A stretch of DNA of 62,342 bases, filler included, from Hausera hauseri (GCA_046269625.1; 11 parts of 11 records of this genome joined end to end with filler, not necessarily neighbours in it); one strand, 5' to 3'. Positions 22,481 to 36,445 are shown, counted from the whole stretch's first letter. A program made the numbers and translations. The notes: generated from the sequence alone by a model not told the origin.

Positions 22481-25418
22481 GGTCTTGTGGCTATCGATGA
22501 CGTTTTCCCTTCTTGCTTGGGTAGTCTCGGATTATCTCTGTCCGAACGCAGATTATAGCGTTTGTTCGGCCTTATTTCCATTCTAGCCACTCTTTGTATT
22601 GATATGACTTTTGCCTTGCCATTTCTATTAATATAAACTGTAGTTGGCGTGATTCTGATAACTTCGTATGGTCCTCTGTTGTTCGGGTACGTTTCAAAGA
22701 TGTACCTTTCTTCGCTACTGGATAGTGCACATATATCCAATTCCCTTGTTCTAGATCGTGTGGTTTAGCCTTTTTGTCATATTGCTTTTTAAATTGTTCT
22801 TCATATTATTTGGATAATTCTTTAGCTATTTTCCAACACTTGTGTAATCTCATCTGTAATACTTCAACAAAGTTTCGCTCTAACTATTTCGTTTTAACTG
22901 TATGTGGTATCATTCCTAAATCTGTGGATAATACAGCTTCTCTGCCATACATCATAAAAATGGAGTAAACCCTGTTGCAGGATGTGGTGTAATGTTTATG
23001 GCAAACTGTGTGCTCTCTAAAAATTCGCCCCAATCTTTCTTGTCCTTCTCAACCACGGTGGATAAGATCCGTATAACTGTTGCATTCATTTGTTCAAACA
23101 ATCCGTTGCACTCAGGATGGTAAGCCGTTGTGGTTAATTGTTCAATCTCGAATATTTTGGTAATTTTCTCAAAGAGCTCACTTGTAAAGTTTCTTCCTCG
23201 GTCTGTCAAAATTTGTTTAGGAGATCCGTATCTACAGTTAATCTTCCTTACTACGGCTTCTGCCAGAGTTTCGGCCTTCTGGTCCATTAATGCTATAAGC
23301 TCGACAAAATGAGTTAATCGATCTACACATGTTAGAATATACTTATTATTTTTGTGAGTTGTAGGTAACGGCCCTACAATATCCATGGACATTGCTTGCA
23401 TTGGTCTGTCCGGCACGTTTATCGGTTTAAGTTCGGCGATGTAGTTCTTCACTTTTCTCTGTTTGGTTGCACATACCTCGCAAGCATTCACCCAATTTTT
23501 TACGTCAATATAAACGCTCAGCCAATAATAATTATTTAATATTCTCTCTAATGTCTTCTTTCATGACATGTGTCCGACTAAGTAATAGTCGTGTTCGTCC
23601 ATTAGTAATTTTGTACGTAATCCTTTTGGTATGACTACTAATTTTCGTCCTTTCCGTTCATAATACAATAAGCTTCCGCGGTTCATGACTCCTGTTGCAC
23701 AGTATTTATGACCATGTCTTTGCAAATGCGTTCGTAGTTGGTTACCCTTTGGCGTTATATTGTTTCCGACAAATTCGATGATTTGTTGTATAATTTTGTC
23801 CTTCTTTTGTCCGTTAGAAATTTTAATTACTTTATCCATTTTTAGAACCCGTTGTTTATCTACTAATTCTTTGAGTTGCGCTTTTCCCATTACAGTGATC
23901 GCGCTTGTTTTGGTTTTGAGTCTTCATAATGCATCGGCATCGACATGTTTGCTTCCGGGTTTGTACTGAAATTCAATATTATATCGTGAGATCTATTCGA
24001 TCCATTTTGTTGAGTCTACATGTCGGATTATTTGCTCTGCCTTTCAAGGTTGTAACGGCTTTACGATCCGTAACAGTTATAGTCTTCTGTCCGTAGACGT
24101 ATACGTTAAAGTATTGTAGAGCTTCTTTTACAGCTAACGTTTCTAATTTTGTAACAGAATAATTCTTCTCAGCTTTTTTTAGTGATCGTCCTCCGTATGC
24201 GATTGGAGGTTCCAATTCTTCATCTTCTCGTTTTTGAGTTATCTCGTACCCAATGCCTTTTTTGCTTGCATCCGTTTTAATTATGAACGGTAGATTAAAA
24301 TCAAGATATCTTAAAATGGGTTCGCTAGTTAAGATTTTCTTCATTTCGTCAAAAGCTTTTTGTTCAACATCATTCCATTTCCATTTAATCCCCTTTTTAA
24401 GCAAGCGATACAAGGGTTTATTTATTTTTGAATTGTCCGGTACATAAGTGGCGTAATATCCTCATAAGCCTAACCAGTGTCTTAACTCTTTCGAATTTTG
24501 AGGTTTCATACAATCTGATATCTTTCTCAACAGTGATTTATCCGGTTTTTATCTTCTTTCTCCAACTATATGTCCAAGATAAGACACAGAGTTTTGAGCA
24601 CATTTACATTTCAATCCGGCTTGTTCTATCCGCATGATCGTGTCTTCAATGTCTTTAGATGTTCTTCTTCCGTTTTGGATGCAACCATTACATCGTCTAG
24701 ATATGCGAACGCGTGTTTTAGTCCCATTAACATCTTATTCATCATTGGGGTAAAAATAGCTGGTTATGTAGTTATTCCGAATGGCATGACGTTGAATTCT
24801 TACACACCGTCGTGCGTTTTAAACGCAGTTTTATAGCGGTCTTCTTCCTCTATCTCTACTTGCCAATATTCAGATTGTAGATCAAGTGTGATGAACCCCT
24901 TTGCTCCGGAAAGCCTATCTAGGGCTTCTTTTACCGATGGTAGTAAAAATGAATCATTCATCATAAATGTGTTTAACGCTCGATAATCGATACAAAATCG
25001 GTGCTTCGTAGTACTTTTCTTCTTAATCATGAGTATAGGGGAATACCACAATCGGTAGCTCGGTCTAATTATGTCGGCCTTTAACATTCGTTTTAGTTCT
25101 TTTGTTATCGCCGGTCTTAACGAGTGTGGAGGAGGATACCATTTCGGCATCTTTTGGTCTTCTAAATCAGTTTTCTCATTGGAGCCAGTCTTTTTCTTAA
25201 GCCGAATTGTTAGTCATAAGGCTTTGACTCTGCCAATGTCCTGTTCGTCTTTAGCGATAACTGAGCTATAATGGCAAAGTAATTCGTAAAATCGGCAGTA
25301 TGACTCGGGCGAAAATTTAGTTTCTACGTGAGGTGGAAATTCGGCACATTTGTAAGGTTTTTCTTCAATCGTTATTGCTGACACTCTATAAGTGTGCCCC
25401 AAAGTTGTGTTACCATAT
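22480..25418 (-). mobile_element. Gypsy pol (RT-RNase H-integrase), decayed
   Basis: RFCIDYRALN, LDLQSEYWQV, YLDD, IKTDASKKGIG, H..H/CxxC, MDIVGPLP, LTDRGRNF, AYHPECNG and GPY. Confidence 0.95.
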
Positions 25419-25518
25419 NNNNNNNNNNNNNNNNNNNNNNNNNNNNNNNNNNNNNNNNNNNNTTAATTAATTAANNNNNNNNNNNNNNNNNNNNNNNNNN
25501 NNNNNNNNNNNNNNNNNN

Positions 25519-28500
25519 TACTGTCTGGACTGCTTCTCGTAGGTTGTCCATGTCATAGTTACTGTCAATGTATTTTATTACCTTTTCTGATTCTGTGTGA
25601 GACAGCATGACATGGTTATGCGTTATCATTTCTACTCGTCTGTTCGTTGGTATCCAAATCTTACCTGTTCGTATTTTTATTATTACATCTTCTAGTATAA
25701 ATCTTCCTTGTTTTCTTCGGGAAATGCTTTCTTTTATTTCTTCTATTTCCTTGCTGTCTTTCTGGTATTGGTGTGTCTGCTGTTTCTTCGACGTTTATTC
25801 CCCAAGTCTTGCTTTTCTGCATTTTGTCGTTGTCGTGTTGTTGTAGACATTGGCTACATGTTTCGCAACTCGCGCGAGATAGCATATCTGCGTTCGCATG
25901 ATCTGTGCATTTTCCTTACTTCAGATTAATATCTAGACTGGAAAGATAGTTGATCCACGTCTAAAATTGGGAGGTTATCGGTTTTTTGTCTTTACCAAAA
26001 ACGTTATTGCCTTGTGGTCCGTTCTCAATGTGAACCGTTTCCCGGATAAGTAATGTTTGAAATGTGGACAGAAATAATACATGGCCAGTAGTTCCTACCG
26101 AGTTATACATTATCCTTCAACGCACCCCAAACTATCCTTCTGTGACAGTACTTCTCCAATTGTGTCGAAGCTTGCGTCCGTATCGAGGATAAATTCTCTC
26201 TTGAAGTCAGAGAAACCTAGTATTGGTAGTGTGGCTAAAGCTCTTTTCATTGACTCGAAAGAATCATTACATTCCTCGGTCCATATTAGTTTCTTGTTAT
26301 TAAGTCCGCATAGTTTCTGCAATGTTTTGGCCTTTACTGCGTAACCTTGGATAAATCTTCTTTAATAGTTGCAGATCCCTAAGAAGCTTCTCAAATTCTT
26401 GACGCATTTTCGTTTTTCAAAGGACTTAATTGCTTCCAGTTTTTATGGGTCTGTCTGTATCCCTTTGTCATTCACTATATGCCCTAAAAATTTTACTTTT
26501 TTCTTGTGGATGTCATATTTCTCTGGGTTTACTCTGAGACCTGCTTCCCTGATCCGCTGCAATACCTTTCCTAGTATCCTATAATGCTCTTCTAGCGTCT
26601 TATAGAAGATTAGTATATTATCTAGGTATACCACTGTTTGTTCAATGTCCCCTAGTACTTTATTCATTAGTTCTTTACAGGTTCCCGGGGCTACTGCTAT
26701 ACCGAATGGCATCCTGTCAAAACAGAATTGCCCTAATTTGGTTGAAAACGCCGCCTTCAATTTGGAGTCTTCCTCTAACTAGACTTGATAGTATGCATTC
26801 CTTAGGTCGATTGGCGTGAAAAACTTTGCCCCGTATTAAACTGTCAAATATCTCTACCACGTTAGGCATGGGGAAGGCCTGTCGTTCCGTTATAACATTC
26901 AGCTGTCTGAAGTCCAGGCATATTCTTACATCGTTCTTGTCTTTCTGCCATACGCATCGGATGGTCTCGTCGATCTTTTTCTCTAGGTTTACTGGTTGCC
27001 TGTGAGGTTTGATATTAATCGGCGCTCCTGTCATGTCTATTCGGTGTTTGATGAGAGATGTGCACCCTATGTCCCACTTGTCGGCCATGAATACCTCTGG
27101 GTATTTCTGTATAATGTTGAGTAGCTCTTTATTGTCACTCACCTGAAGAGCTTCCTTCACCCTGTTGACTCGTTCTTGGTTTGTCACCTTACGGCCGAAT
27201 TTGGCTTTCAGGTTGCATATATCGTGCTGTAATGTTTCCGTTTCCATGCGTTTCCATCCAAGTTCTATTCCGAATGCCTTTTTCAGGTCCACACTACCTA
27301 TTATTTCTACACTACCAGAAATGTCACACGTCTCCTTAGACTCTTAATTTCTACGTCTGTTGTCAGTGTGCCCAGGCAATCTAAGGGGCTATTATTCGCG
27401 CATCGTAGTGTGGTATCTGATTACTCTACGTGTGTATTTATTAGTTTATCCACGGTCTTCTTGATTATAACGTTTACCCTGGCCCCTGTGTCCAATAAGC
27501 AATCTTCCCATCTGTCTTGTATCTTTAATTTGATTCCTGGTCGTACATTAAACATCCTGCATGATATCTATTCGACATACAATTCGTCTAGCGTGAAGAT
27601 CTGTGTATCGTTCCCACTTTCCTCCATTTTGTTGAAGGAAACTTCCTGGAAATTTTCCGTTTTCATAAATTTCGGTACTTTTTCCTGTGTCCTTTTATCC
27701 ATCACCATATCTCCATGTCCCCTTCTTCTTGATCCATCTATACTGTTTGATATACTACTACTATTATACATAACGATATTATGGGAGACTGAATCTATTG
27801 TAGTGCCCCGATTTGCTTCATTTCTATCGAGGTTCTGCCTTTTGGGGCAACTGACTCTTGTTCCGATTCTGTTTCTTCTTTCTCTGTTTGCGACTTCCCC
27901 CTGTCTTCTGTTCAAATTATTCCCTTACCTTCTTTTTACTTTGTATGTATCCCATCCTGGTTCTCTTCTCCTCTCCAGCCTGGTGTATCACTCCTTTTCG
28001 CTATGTCCTCTATGGTGATATCGCGCACTGCTAAGGTTTATACAGTTTTGTCTGATGTGTCCCTGCTGATTACATCCGTAGCATCTTCTTCGTTTTCTTT
28101 CAGGATACTGCCTGTTTATTTGCCCTTCGTTTCCACATCCAAATCATTTAATCGGTCTCTGTGTGGTGCAAATTCTGCTCGTATGTCCTTCCTTCTGGCA
28201 TGTCCAACATTTTAATCCACTGTTTGGTGTTCTAGTTGCCGTCGTGTTGGTTCTAGAAACGGGTTTCCTGTCGTTTCGTCCTGCCACTTCTTGGTAGCTT
28301 CTTCTACCGATCCCTGGATACTCCTTGACCGTGCTGATTTCTTCTGTCTTAATTTTTCTTTCATGTGTCTTCCGTATTTTCTCCTTTATGGTTTTCACGT
28401 CTCGTTTGTCACTGAGGCATATCTCTCTTCTCATCTCTCTATTGTTACAACATTGGAACAAAAGTTCCTCTTTCAGAGTCTCGCGTGAAAGATTGTGTTT

Positions 28501-29143
28501 TATGACTTTATCCAGAAGTTTCTCGATTGCCTCGAAGTAAGCCTCCGGTTCCGCTCCATTCATTCTGTACTCGAGCGCTTCTTTCAGATCTTCGCACAGC
28601 GTTGAGGATCGGGCGAAAGTCTTCCGTAGCCGGTTTTGATATCCAGTTATTTTCGCATCTACTGCCTTGTATCTTTCTAGTGCTTCTTCCTCCAAGAGGC
28701 ATTCAACCATGATTTCTCGCTTCGCCGCCGGGGTGTTCATATATTTAAAGAATTTTTAACATCTTTTAATGAACTTCTCCACGTCGTCGCCTTTTGTGAA
28801 TTTGTTGGGTAACAATTGGTTTGCGAAAATGTGCATTGTGGCGTAAGTCGCCATGTTGGCCGCGGACGCGTCCACGCCGTCCATCTCGTCGCCCAGCTTG
28901 GGTAGGGTTGGAAAATTCTCGCCCCCCTAGTATGGCCGCTAAAGCAGAATTTGATCGTTTGTAATTATTCATTGCAAAGTAAGACCAGTTGTTGAAAATT
29001 TTATTCTTGAGTCTCAAAGTACTCATTTGGAGACAAATTTTCCTACAATTCAAAAATTAAATTATACTTTTAATATTACATTTTTAATTTAAATTCATGA
29101 TCGAATTTTAAAATTTAAAAATGTTCTCAATTATATCCTCACA
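25519..29143 (-). mobile_element. Gypsy element: 5' LTR 28854-29143, PBS, gag with CCHC knuckle, protease, RT, RNase H and partial integrase
   Basis: LTR TG..CA followed by TGGCGAC, CWTCQKEGHTSRIC, LLDTGA (about 27490), RICLDFRQLN, YLDN and LDTDAS; many frameshifts. Confidence 0.93.
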
Positions 29144-29904
29144 CCGCCAAAGATTTAACTTTTTCGACAAACTGGTTCCACTTGCCTTGAAGTTGAATTG
29201 TATAGATTCGCCATTTACAATGTGTTCAATCTTGCATGTAAATGACTTTTCCCTTTATCGTATTTATATTTATATCTCTTTAAACTCTTCTTCCGAAAAT
29301 CGACTGTTATCATTCGTGACGGTTTTAAATTTTGGTTTGACGCCTTGGCTTAAGTAATCGAATGTTTAAGTGTTATTAATTGAGAAATAACGCATATAAA
29401 CAATCGTGCATACAAAATATTCAAATAATAATAATAATAATCTTATCTCTGCAAAGAAATTACGAATTACGATATACGGTTATAACAAACTGATTGTGAA
29501 CAAAAACGAACGACTGTCACACTCACGACCAAGCACACAAAAATAGTGAGGTTATGTATGGTTTGACAGGTTTGCCACATGTTATATAATATCAGTGTTG
29601 TAAACTTAACATTACAAAATGCAAAATATCAAATGAGTCGGTGAGAATGAAAGTGGCGTAAGTCGCTTTATGGCTAATTGGAGAAATTTTATTTAAAATT
29701 TAATAGTTTGTTAAAATTGTTATTGAAAAATCAAATGTAAAAATTGAATATCGGTGCTGCTCCTAGTGGTGAATTTCTGTACTAATGACTGAAGCCACCT
29801 TCATTCTAAACAAAACAGAGGATTTGAAACATTGACTTAATTGAATTTTTAAATTTGATGATTTATGTTATTTCTATTCTCACCTGCAAATATTAAAAAA
29901 AATA

Positions 29905-29995
29905 TCGGAGCAGCGGAGCAGTACAAATTCCCGTGCTCCGGTTCCGCTCCTGTTCCGAGAAAAAATCCGTTGCTCCACCTGCTCCATCTCCGCTT
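29905..29995. repeat. GGAGC/GCTCC palindromic cluster, probably a MITE end
   Basis: ggagcagcggagca ... tgctccggttccgctcc ... tgctccacctgctcc. Confidence 0.45.
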
Positions 29996-30204
29996 CAAAA
30001 CCATGATTCTAACATCCTTATTTTCTTAAATATTAAGTTGTTTTGGTACCCATTTTTATCTTCTATTTCGACATTAATCTTATTTTATATTGGAAACAAG
30101 TGTAATCGCCAAATCCTACCCAAAAGCCACAAATTTTATAGTAGGGTAAAAATGAGGAGTCTGCACCACCACCTCCTCCCCATCCGAAGGGATCAATAAT
30201 TCAA

Positions 30205-30946
30205 TTTTGCACATGGTGCACTATCGATCGGTAGTGTGCTATGCGACGGTGCCGTTAGGCACCGTTGCTATGCACATTTATGCACATTTCACAAATCGAT
30301 CGCTGCATTTTGCAAAATTGCTCGAATTGATCGGGACAATGTGCTAATCGATAGTGTACATCAGTGCACATCGATTGGTGCACAGTGCAAATGAGCATCA
30401 CATGTGCAAGTGTGCAAAAATCAATAATGTCGGATTTCCGATAATTCCAATATTGATGATTAGCACATGGCACCGGGTGAAACCGAAAGCACATACGATG
30501 CACCATGTGAATGTGCAGTTAGAATTTAAATATATTGATTGGTTTTCGAATAATTGCCAACTGGGGCAGAATGCCCATAGGCCTTTCCGTTATAAAATGA
30601 AAATCAATAATATCAATATGACACATACTGGCGGGTAGAGTACTTGATGTACTATCGTTCAGTGAAATACTCGAATCAAGTGTGCTCTTGGATACGGTTG
30701 CTAAGGCACTTTTTCACTTTTCACATATTGGTCACTGCAACGTAAGATTGATGGAATCGATTGGTGTCAAGTGCAGGTAAATAGAGCACATCGAGATGCA
30801 CCTTGATATATACTGTGCAGTGCAAAAGAACATGTGCCAGTATGCAAAAATCAATAATATTGGATTTCCGATAATCCCAATATTGATGATTAGCACTTGG
30901 CACCGGGTGCAATCGAAAGCACACATGATGCACTGTGCCAATGTGC
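30205..30946 (+). repeat. Dispersed repeat with an internal tandem unit of about 430 bp; a reverse-complement copy lies at 36540-37330
   Basis: gcaaaaatcaataat.t.ggatttccgataat.ccaatattgatgattagcac occurs twice here and twice, inverted, in contig 8. Confidence 0.85.
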
Positions 30947-31304
30947 NNNNNNNNNNNNNNNNNNNNNNNNNNNNNNNNNNNNNNNNNNNNTTAATTAATT
31001 AANNNNNNNNNNNNNNNNNNNNNNNNNNNNNNNNNNNNNNNNNNNNTCCCGGTTGAAAAGGTTTCTCACCCGTCTGTGGCGTCGTCGTCCTCACAAATGT
31101 AGAGCTTGCAGTCGGAGCTCAGGATGCACAGAGAGGTCTCCTCATTACGCGCCTGGCCTCCATTGACATCACAGCAGCTGGCATGGGTCACCAAAGGAAT
31201 TTACAAAAGAAATTAACCTGGGTGCTCACAATCAAAGTGTATTGTCCACCCTATATCTATATCAACCACAGTCATGGATAGTTTTGTATTTCCAATTCAT
31301 CTCT

Positions 31305-31405
31305 CTTTGTATTTTTGGAGGAAACCAGAGCACTCAGAGGAAACTCCAGAGACATGGGGAGAACATACTAACCTGAATCAAACCCAGTCATTTGTGCTAC
31401 TCTCT
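31305..31405 (-). mobile_element. V-SINE-like fragment
   Basis: ggaggaaaccagagcactcagaggaaactcca...catggggagaacat...aatcaaacccag resembles, from memory, the reverse complement of the V-SINE core and B box. Confidence 0.55.
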
Positions 31406-31479
31406 AAGCCCCGTATGTAAATATACATACACAAGCAAATAAATATTGCTAGAGATTTTATTTTGTCTCTGCCTACATG

Positions 31480-32300
31480 CCCTTTGTGTAGGTGTTGTAA
31501 CATTTCTTTTCTTCATGTGGATGGACTAATGGATTTTTCTTGATGTAGGAGAACTCCAACCACATTAACGGATAACTCTTCTTTCTTAGCATGAAATTGA
31601 GGGAAAGGTTTTCTTATCGTTGTTGACCATTCGTTTTAATCGATGATACTAACTGTCCATAAAATTGCTTGGTTTCTTGAGTTAAATTATTTCTGTTTTT
31701 ATGCTCTTTTCCATTATCTTCTCACTTTGAATACCGTGACAAGGAAATTTACATTAGGACAATCTGATTACCTAACGATTCAACATGTATGAAGTATTTT
31801 TCTGTAATTGTGCTTTTGGTTTTAAAACGTGTTCCAAGGCTTCATGATCTGTCACTATAAATAATTCCGTACTGTATACAAATTTATGCATCCTTCGCAA
31901 TGCCCAAATAATGACTAAAGCTGCCTTTTGTGTGTTGTAAATAAGATCTTTCGGATTTACTCAAACGTCTTCAGTTCATTATTTCAATCTCGCCTGATGT
32001 TCCTTGTTTGCTTTTGCATATATAATGATATTCACGGACACCTTTCAGACCTTCGAGAATTTGGTCTATTAGCTGTTGAAATATACAAGATGATAGCTTA
32101 ATTCCAAAAGGTAAGAAATTCAAACCGCATTTATCTAAAGGTACTTACAAAAATGTTTTTGGAGATCAAATCTTGAAAAAAATACAGCGACCTTCTAAAT
32201 CTGCGAACATTTCATCAATATCTAACAGTCTGTTTTATGATCTGGGTAATCACAACATATGCGTGGCTGTCTATTGGCTTTGATTTGCTTACAATTTGTA
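31480..32300 (-). mobile_element. Highly decayed Gypsy RT/RNase H remnants
   Basis: Residual LPFGIK...IFQQLIDQIL and ALVIIWALRRMHKFVY...IIVTDHEAL motifs. Confidence 0.6.
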
Positions 32301-33383
32301 GTTACTCACAGGCTGGATTGTACTATACTATATAGAACGTTTTTTTACTTGTTGCTGCAAACCAATTGTTTAAAATATTCCTAATAAATTTTGATATTTC
32401 TTTTCAGTTCATCAATTAAAGTAGAATTTCGTTTAAGCAAAACTGTGAATATGCGAATATGCACCATACAGGAATAAATCTGTCAGAAAACTGTTTGGGG
32501 TGTTCATTTATATGACAAAGTATAATAATAATGATAATAATCGTAATTCACTCTTAGACCACGATTATTTTTTGCATTTTATCAATTGTGGAGATTACAA
32601 TGAGAATTATAATTTCTATCCAACAATTATCAATTTATTAACCGTTTGACCATATGGTAAATTTACTGATTTTTAATAGTTAAACGAAAGTCGTCATATT
32701 GTTAGTTTATTTATTTTGACCATAGCACAAAAAACATTTCATAATTCAGTGGAATTATGAAATATACTTTCCAAATTATGTAAGTTGTATATTTCATAAA
32801 CAATATGCATTGTGCAATCATTACAACAACTTCACAACAAAACACGTACAAAAAATCATCGTTCAGCTTTTTCTGGTTAATTTGAACCTACATAAAATTA
32901 TGAATGTTAAATCTTAACACTTGCAAATTTATTCGTCAAATCTTAGCAAATTAATACAGTACCGAAATCAGCACGAAATTTCACGAATTATTGAGCAATA
33001 TCATCGTCAGACATAATGTATTGCAATCACTTGCTATAAAACACATACGCACCGTATGTGTGTAATATCAGGATTAGTCTACAATTTTCTTTCTTTTTTT
33101 TCCTTTTCCTATAAACACACACACACACAATCCACATTAGGAACAGCTTATTATCGATTATGCTGGTACATGTGTGTACGAATGAAATCATGTATTTCGT
33201 GCAGTTCTGAATGAGGTGCCTCAGAATTTTCGATTATTTTTCTCAAAAAGAAACTGTTATTTTGAAATTTTGTTTTGGTTTCTTTTATAAAAAAATTTTT
33301 TTTGTATTTCTTTTTGAGTTCAACAGCAACACAACAAACTAATTCACTTTCTAAAGGCTTTTTGAGTGCATCTGGATTTTTCC

Positions 33384-33795
33384 ATGGATGATTCATCAGA
33401 AACAGTGTATAACGAGTTACCTGCTGGACGATATGAATTTAAGGACAGCGGAATTTATATTGAGGAATGGTTGAATGAGAAAGCCGTTGGTATTGGCCTA
33501 TTGACGAAAGATAAGAGTCAAGGAGAATTCACGGGATTGTGGAATTCGGGATCGGAAAAATGCGGTGTGTTTCTTTGGCCGAGTGCACCTGGTGCCATGT
33601 ATGAAGGTGAATGGGCGAACAGCAAACGACACGGATACTGGATTTTTGTCAAAGAAGATTGGATTATTATGGGGAAATTTCAGGAAGGATTTATAACGTT
33701 GGGTGTGAAAACGAAAGATAAATCCGTTGGAAAATTTGAAGGAGAATTTGAGGATGGATGTCCGGTTTTTGGAATGGAGACTTACACGGATGGCG
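33384..33795 (+). CDS. JPH: Junctophilin-like MORN-repeat protein, first exon (divergent; later exons not seen)
   Basis: GRYEFKDSGIY..W...KA.G.G.....QGEFTG.W....GVFLWPS...YEGEW.N.KRHG...ETYTDG, followed by a GT donor, parallels the junctophilin N-terminus. Confidence 0.7.
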
Positions 33796-34230
33796 GTATG
33801 TGTTGTGGTTGATTTTAAATTAGTTTCATTATTTACTGATTTCATTTTGAGCTTGATACGGCCATATTTTTAAATGAAGATAAAATTATTGATGGATAAA
33901 TACTGTGTTCTGGTCGTCAAAATGTCTTAAATTTGGGTTTTTACATAAATTTAAAAACAACTTTTACATTGAATTGATTAGACAAATTTTGAAGTAATCA
34001 TAAAGTGTATGTTAGTCTTCTGCACATTTTTTTGTTAATTTCAATTTACCAGTAAAGATGAATTTGCTCGGCAAAGTCGGAGGATAATAAGTTAACAACA
34101 TCATAAAGTAAAATTTGTTTGTGCATGTTAAAGGGAAAGCGATACTGTATTAGTGTTAAATGAACTTCATTGAAGCATACGAAGAGACAGTGTTAATTGG
34201 GATGTTTGTTTTAAAAGTTCAATATTTTGT

Positions 34231-34681
34231 ATGTTATTTTCAAAATTAAAATTTTATGCAGTTGTCCGTCGACGAACTCCAGGCACATACACCACATGGT
34301 ACTGTTTTATTCGATTTCTTTTTAAAAGCAACTCTCCAAAAATTAGGGAAGAATGCGAGAAACAAGTTAAAAATTTTAACAATTCGTTGAAAAGTTTCAG
34401 AACAAGACAAGAGGCTGAAGATTTTATGGCCAAGAATGGTTGAGTTCGGTTTTTCTAAATACTTCGTAATTCCGAGTTATAGCACAGTACAATAACTCTG
34501 TAAATCAAGCGAAACGAAAAATGATAAGCAGTTCAAATACATTCATAAATGAAAATGTTTTACCGAAGAATGTTGTTATTGATAACAACGAATGTTCCAT
34601 TGGTATTTGTTAATTTTGTTTATAAACTTTGGTGTTTCAGCTGTTATTGTGGTTCGACTTGAAGGGCAGAAGAAATTTAAT
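34231..34681 (+). CDS. RNASEH1: RNase H1 N-terminal hybrid-binding domain, spliced; the rest of the gene appears interrupted by a retroelement
   Basis: KFYAV..RTPG.YTTW|EEC.KQV.NF....KSF.T..EAEDF after removing the 48-nt GT-AG intron at 34299-34346. Confidence 0.7.
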
Positions 34682-34721
34682 GTATGCAATGAGGATAACG
34701 AGAGGAATTTGAAATTATTTT

Positions 34722-35525
34722 TTAGTTAGTGTATTTATTTTTTATTTCAATATAGAGTGTGTAAATGTACATGTATACAGACATGCACATAAACAAATTG
34801 ATGAGTGAGTATATTTCTTTCATTATTGGCGACACAAAATCAATGTTCTTAACTTCATCGACTTTCTTAATTATGTTAAAAATCGCATCAAGTTTGTCGG
34901 CAACTCCCATTCGCATTTCCACTTTCGATTGGGCATCTGACAAACAATGGACCAAGAAATAGGATTCCAACTCATTTTCATCCCATTTATGCTTCATTAG
35001 TTGTCCAACCATTTTCTGATAGTTTCATTGCTTCTCTAGTAGTGATACCGCGCTGAAAAATCTTGGATCAATGATGCTGCTTTCTCAAATGTTTGTATTC
35101 ACTTCTTCGTAAATTCTAACTAAATCTGAGGATAAAAATGGAATGATTGCTTTGATCCTGCATTCATCTGTTACTGAATTGGTGTCGAAGATACACTTGA
35201 AATTGATGATAAATTCATCTAAATTCTGGGTTCCATCAAATCTGCGTAGTGAGAGTTCGTGAATTAAGCTAGGGTCACCATATTAAGATCTAGCAATACG
35301 GAATTCATCAAAGTATAATCGTAACACAATAAAGGATCACAATCAAATTCTGCGTTTCAATTCCTAATATTTTTTCAAACTGAAAATAGCATTCATTTAT
35401 ATCAATCACACATTCACCCATACATTAATTAACTGGTCCATTGGAATAAAAATTTACTCATTGCTTCTTTAAAACACGAATCGGACATAAACTTTTGTAA
35501 TTAAATTATCTGAGCCACTACAAAA
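34722..35525 (-). mobile_element. Gypsy 5' LTR, PBS (TGGTGACCC, about 35272-35280) and truncated gag
   Basis: The PBS is followed by LSLRRFDGTQNLDEFIINFK, a gag-like start. LTR limits are approximate. Confidence 0.6.
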
Positions 35526-36065
35526 AGATAAACTGATAATTTCTAATTAACCCGCTCTTTATATTAACATACTTTAATGCAAGTTTGAAACGATCTTTGT
35601 AAAAGACTTATGAACTTAAAAATCATTAAAATTAATCAACCTGTTAAGCGAGTATGACATATACGTGATGTATCCAATAAGTAGTAAGACTCTTATAGAA
35701 AATAGTAAGCGAACACAATGAGACTTGGTAATTACAATAAAGCAAGTCATATAGACGTTATTTCTCAAAATAATTTCCATGCACACCGACACACTTTTCC
35801 AAGCGAACTGCGAGTACCTTGAATGCGTTTTTGAAGACTTCCGGCGGTTTTTCCTCCAAGAAGCCCACCACAGCGGCTCTAAAATCCTCCTTATTGGCAA
35901 ATTGACGACTCCGTAGAATCTTTTTCATGCGGTTAAACAGTTATTCTGAGGTGAGTATGACGTGTNNNNNNNNNNNNNNNNNNNNNNNNNNNNNNNNNNN
36001 NNNNNNNNNTTAATTAATTAANNNNNNNNNNNNNNNNNNNNNNNNNNNNNNNNNNNNNNNNNNNN

Positions 36066-36445
36066 TCATTAGATTCTTCGAATAGTGCATGATTGACTGA
36101 GTTTTCGAGTTTGAATAGCTAAATGTTCGACTTGTAAGCTCGAATTCCATTATATAACATCATATTCCCATTCGGCACACATGCTTTCCTATCCAGCCCC
36201 GCTATTATATTTATCGATTTCCGCTTCACTGGACATCAAATGCACATTTTGCTTAATTCGAAATATTGATTTTTATGCCCATATAGTACATTTTCATGGA
36301 ATAATTTTTATGTACAAAGGGGTTTTCATATACGAGGAATCAATTTTCGGTGTTCGATTTTTCGAGTAGTTCGATATTCGATATTCGAGCCAAAATTTTT
36401 CGAATTTCGAATTTTCGACTTGAAATTCGAGTTCGCCAAAGTCTA
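36066..36445. repeat. TTCGA/TCGAA-rich palindromic MITE-like remnant
   Basis: Dense TTCGA(A/G) motifs ending gagttcgccaaagtcta. Confidence 0.4.

Noticed and set aside
27368-28018. 216-aa hydrophobic plus-strand ORF and similar ORFs antisense to retroelement genes
   Set aside because: These are shadows of purine-rich minus-strand gag/pol coding sequence.
30255-30946. His/Cys-rich ORFs here and at 36612-37285
   Set aside because: They arise from TGCA/GCAC-rich repeat DNA, are open on both strands, and keep no consistent frame between copies.
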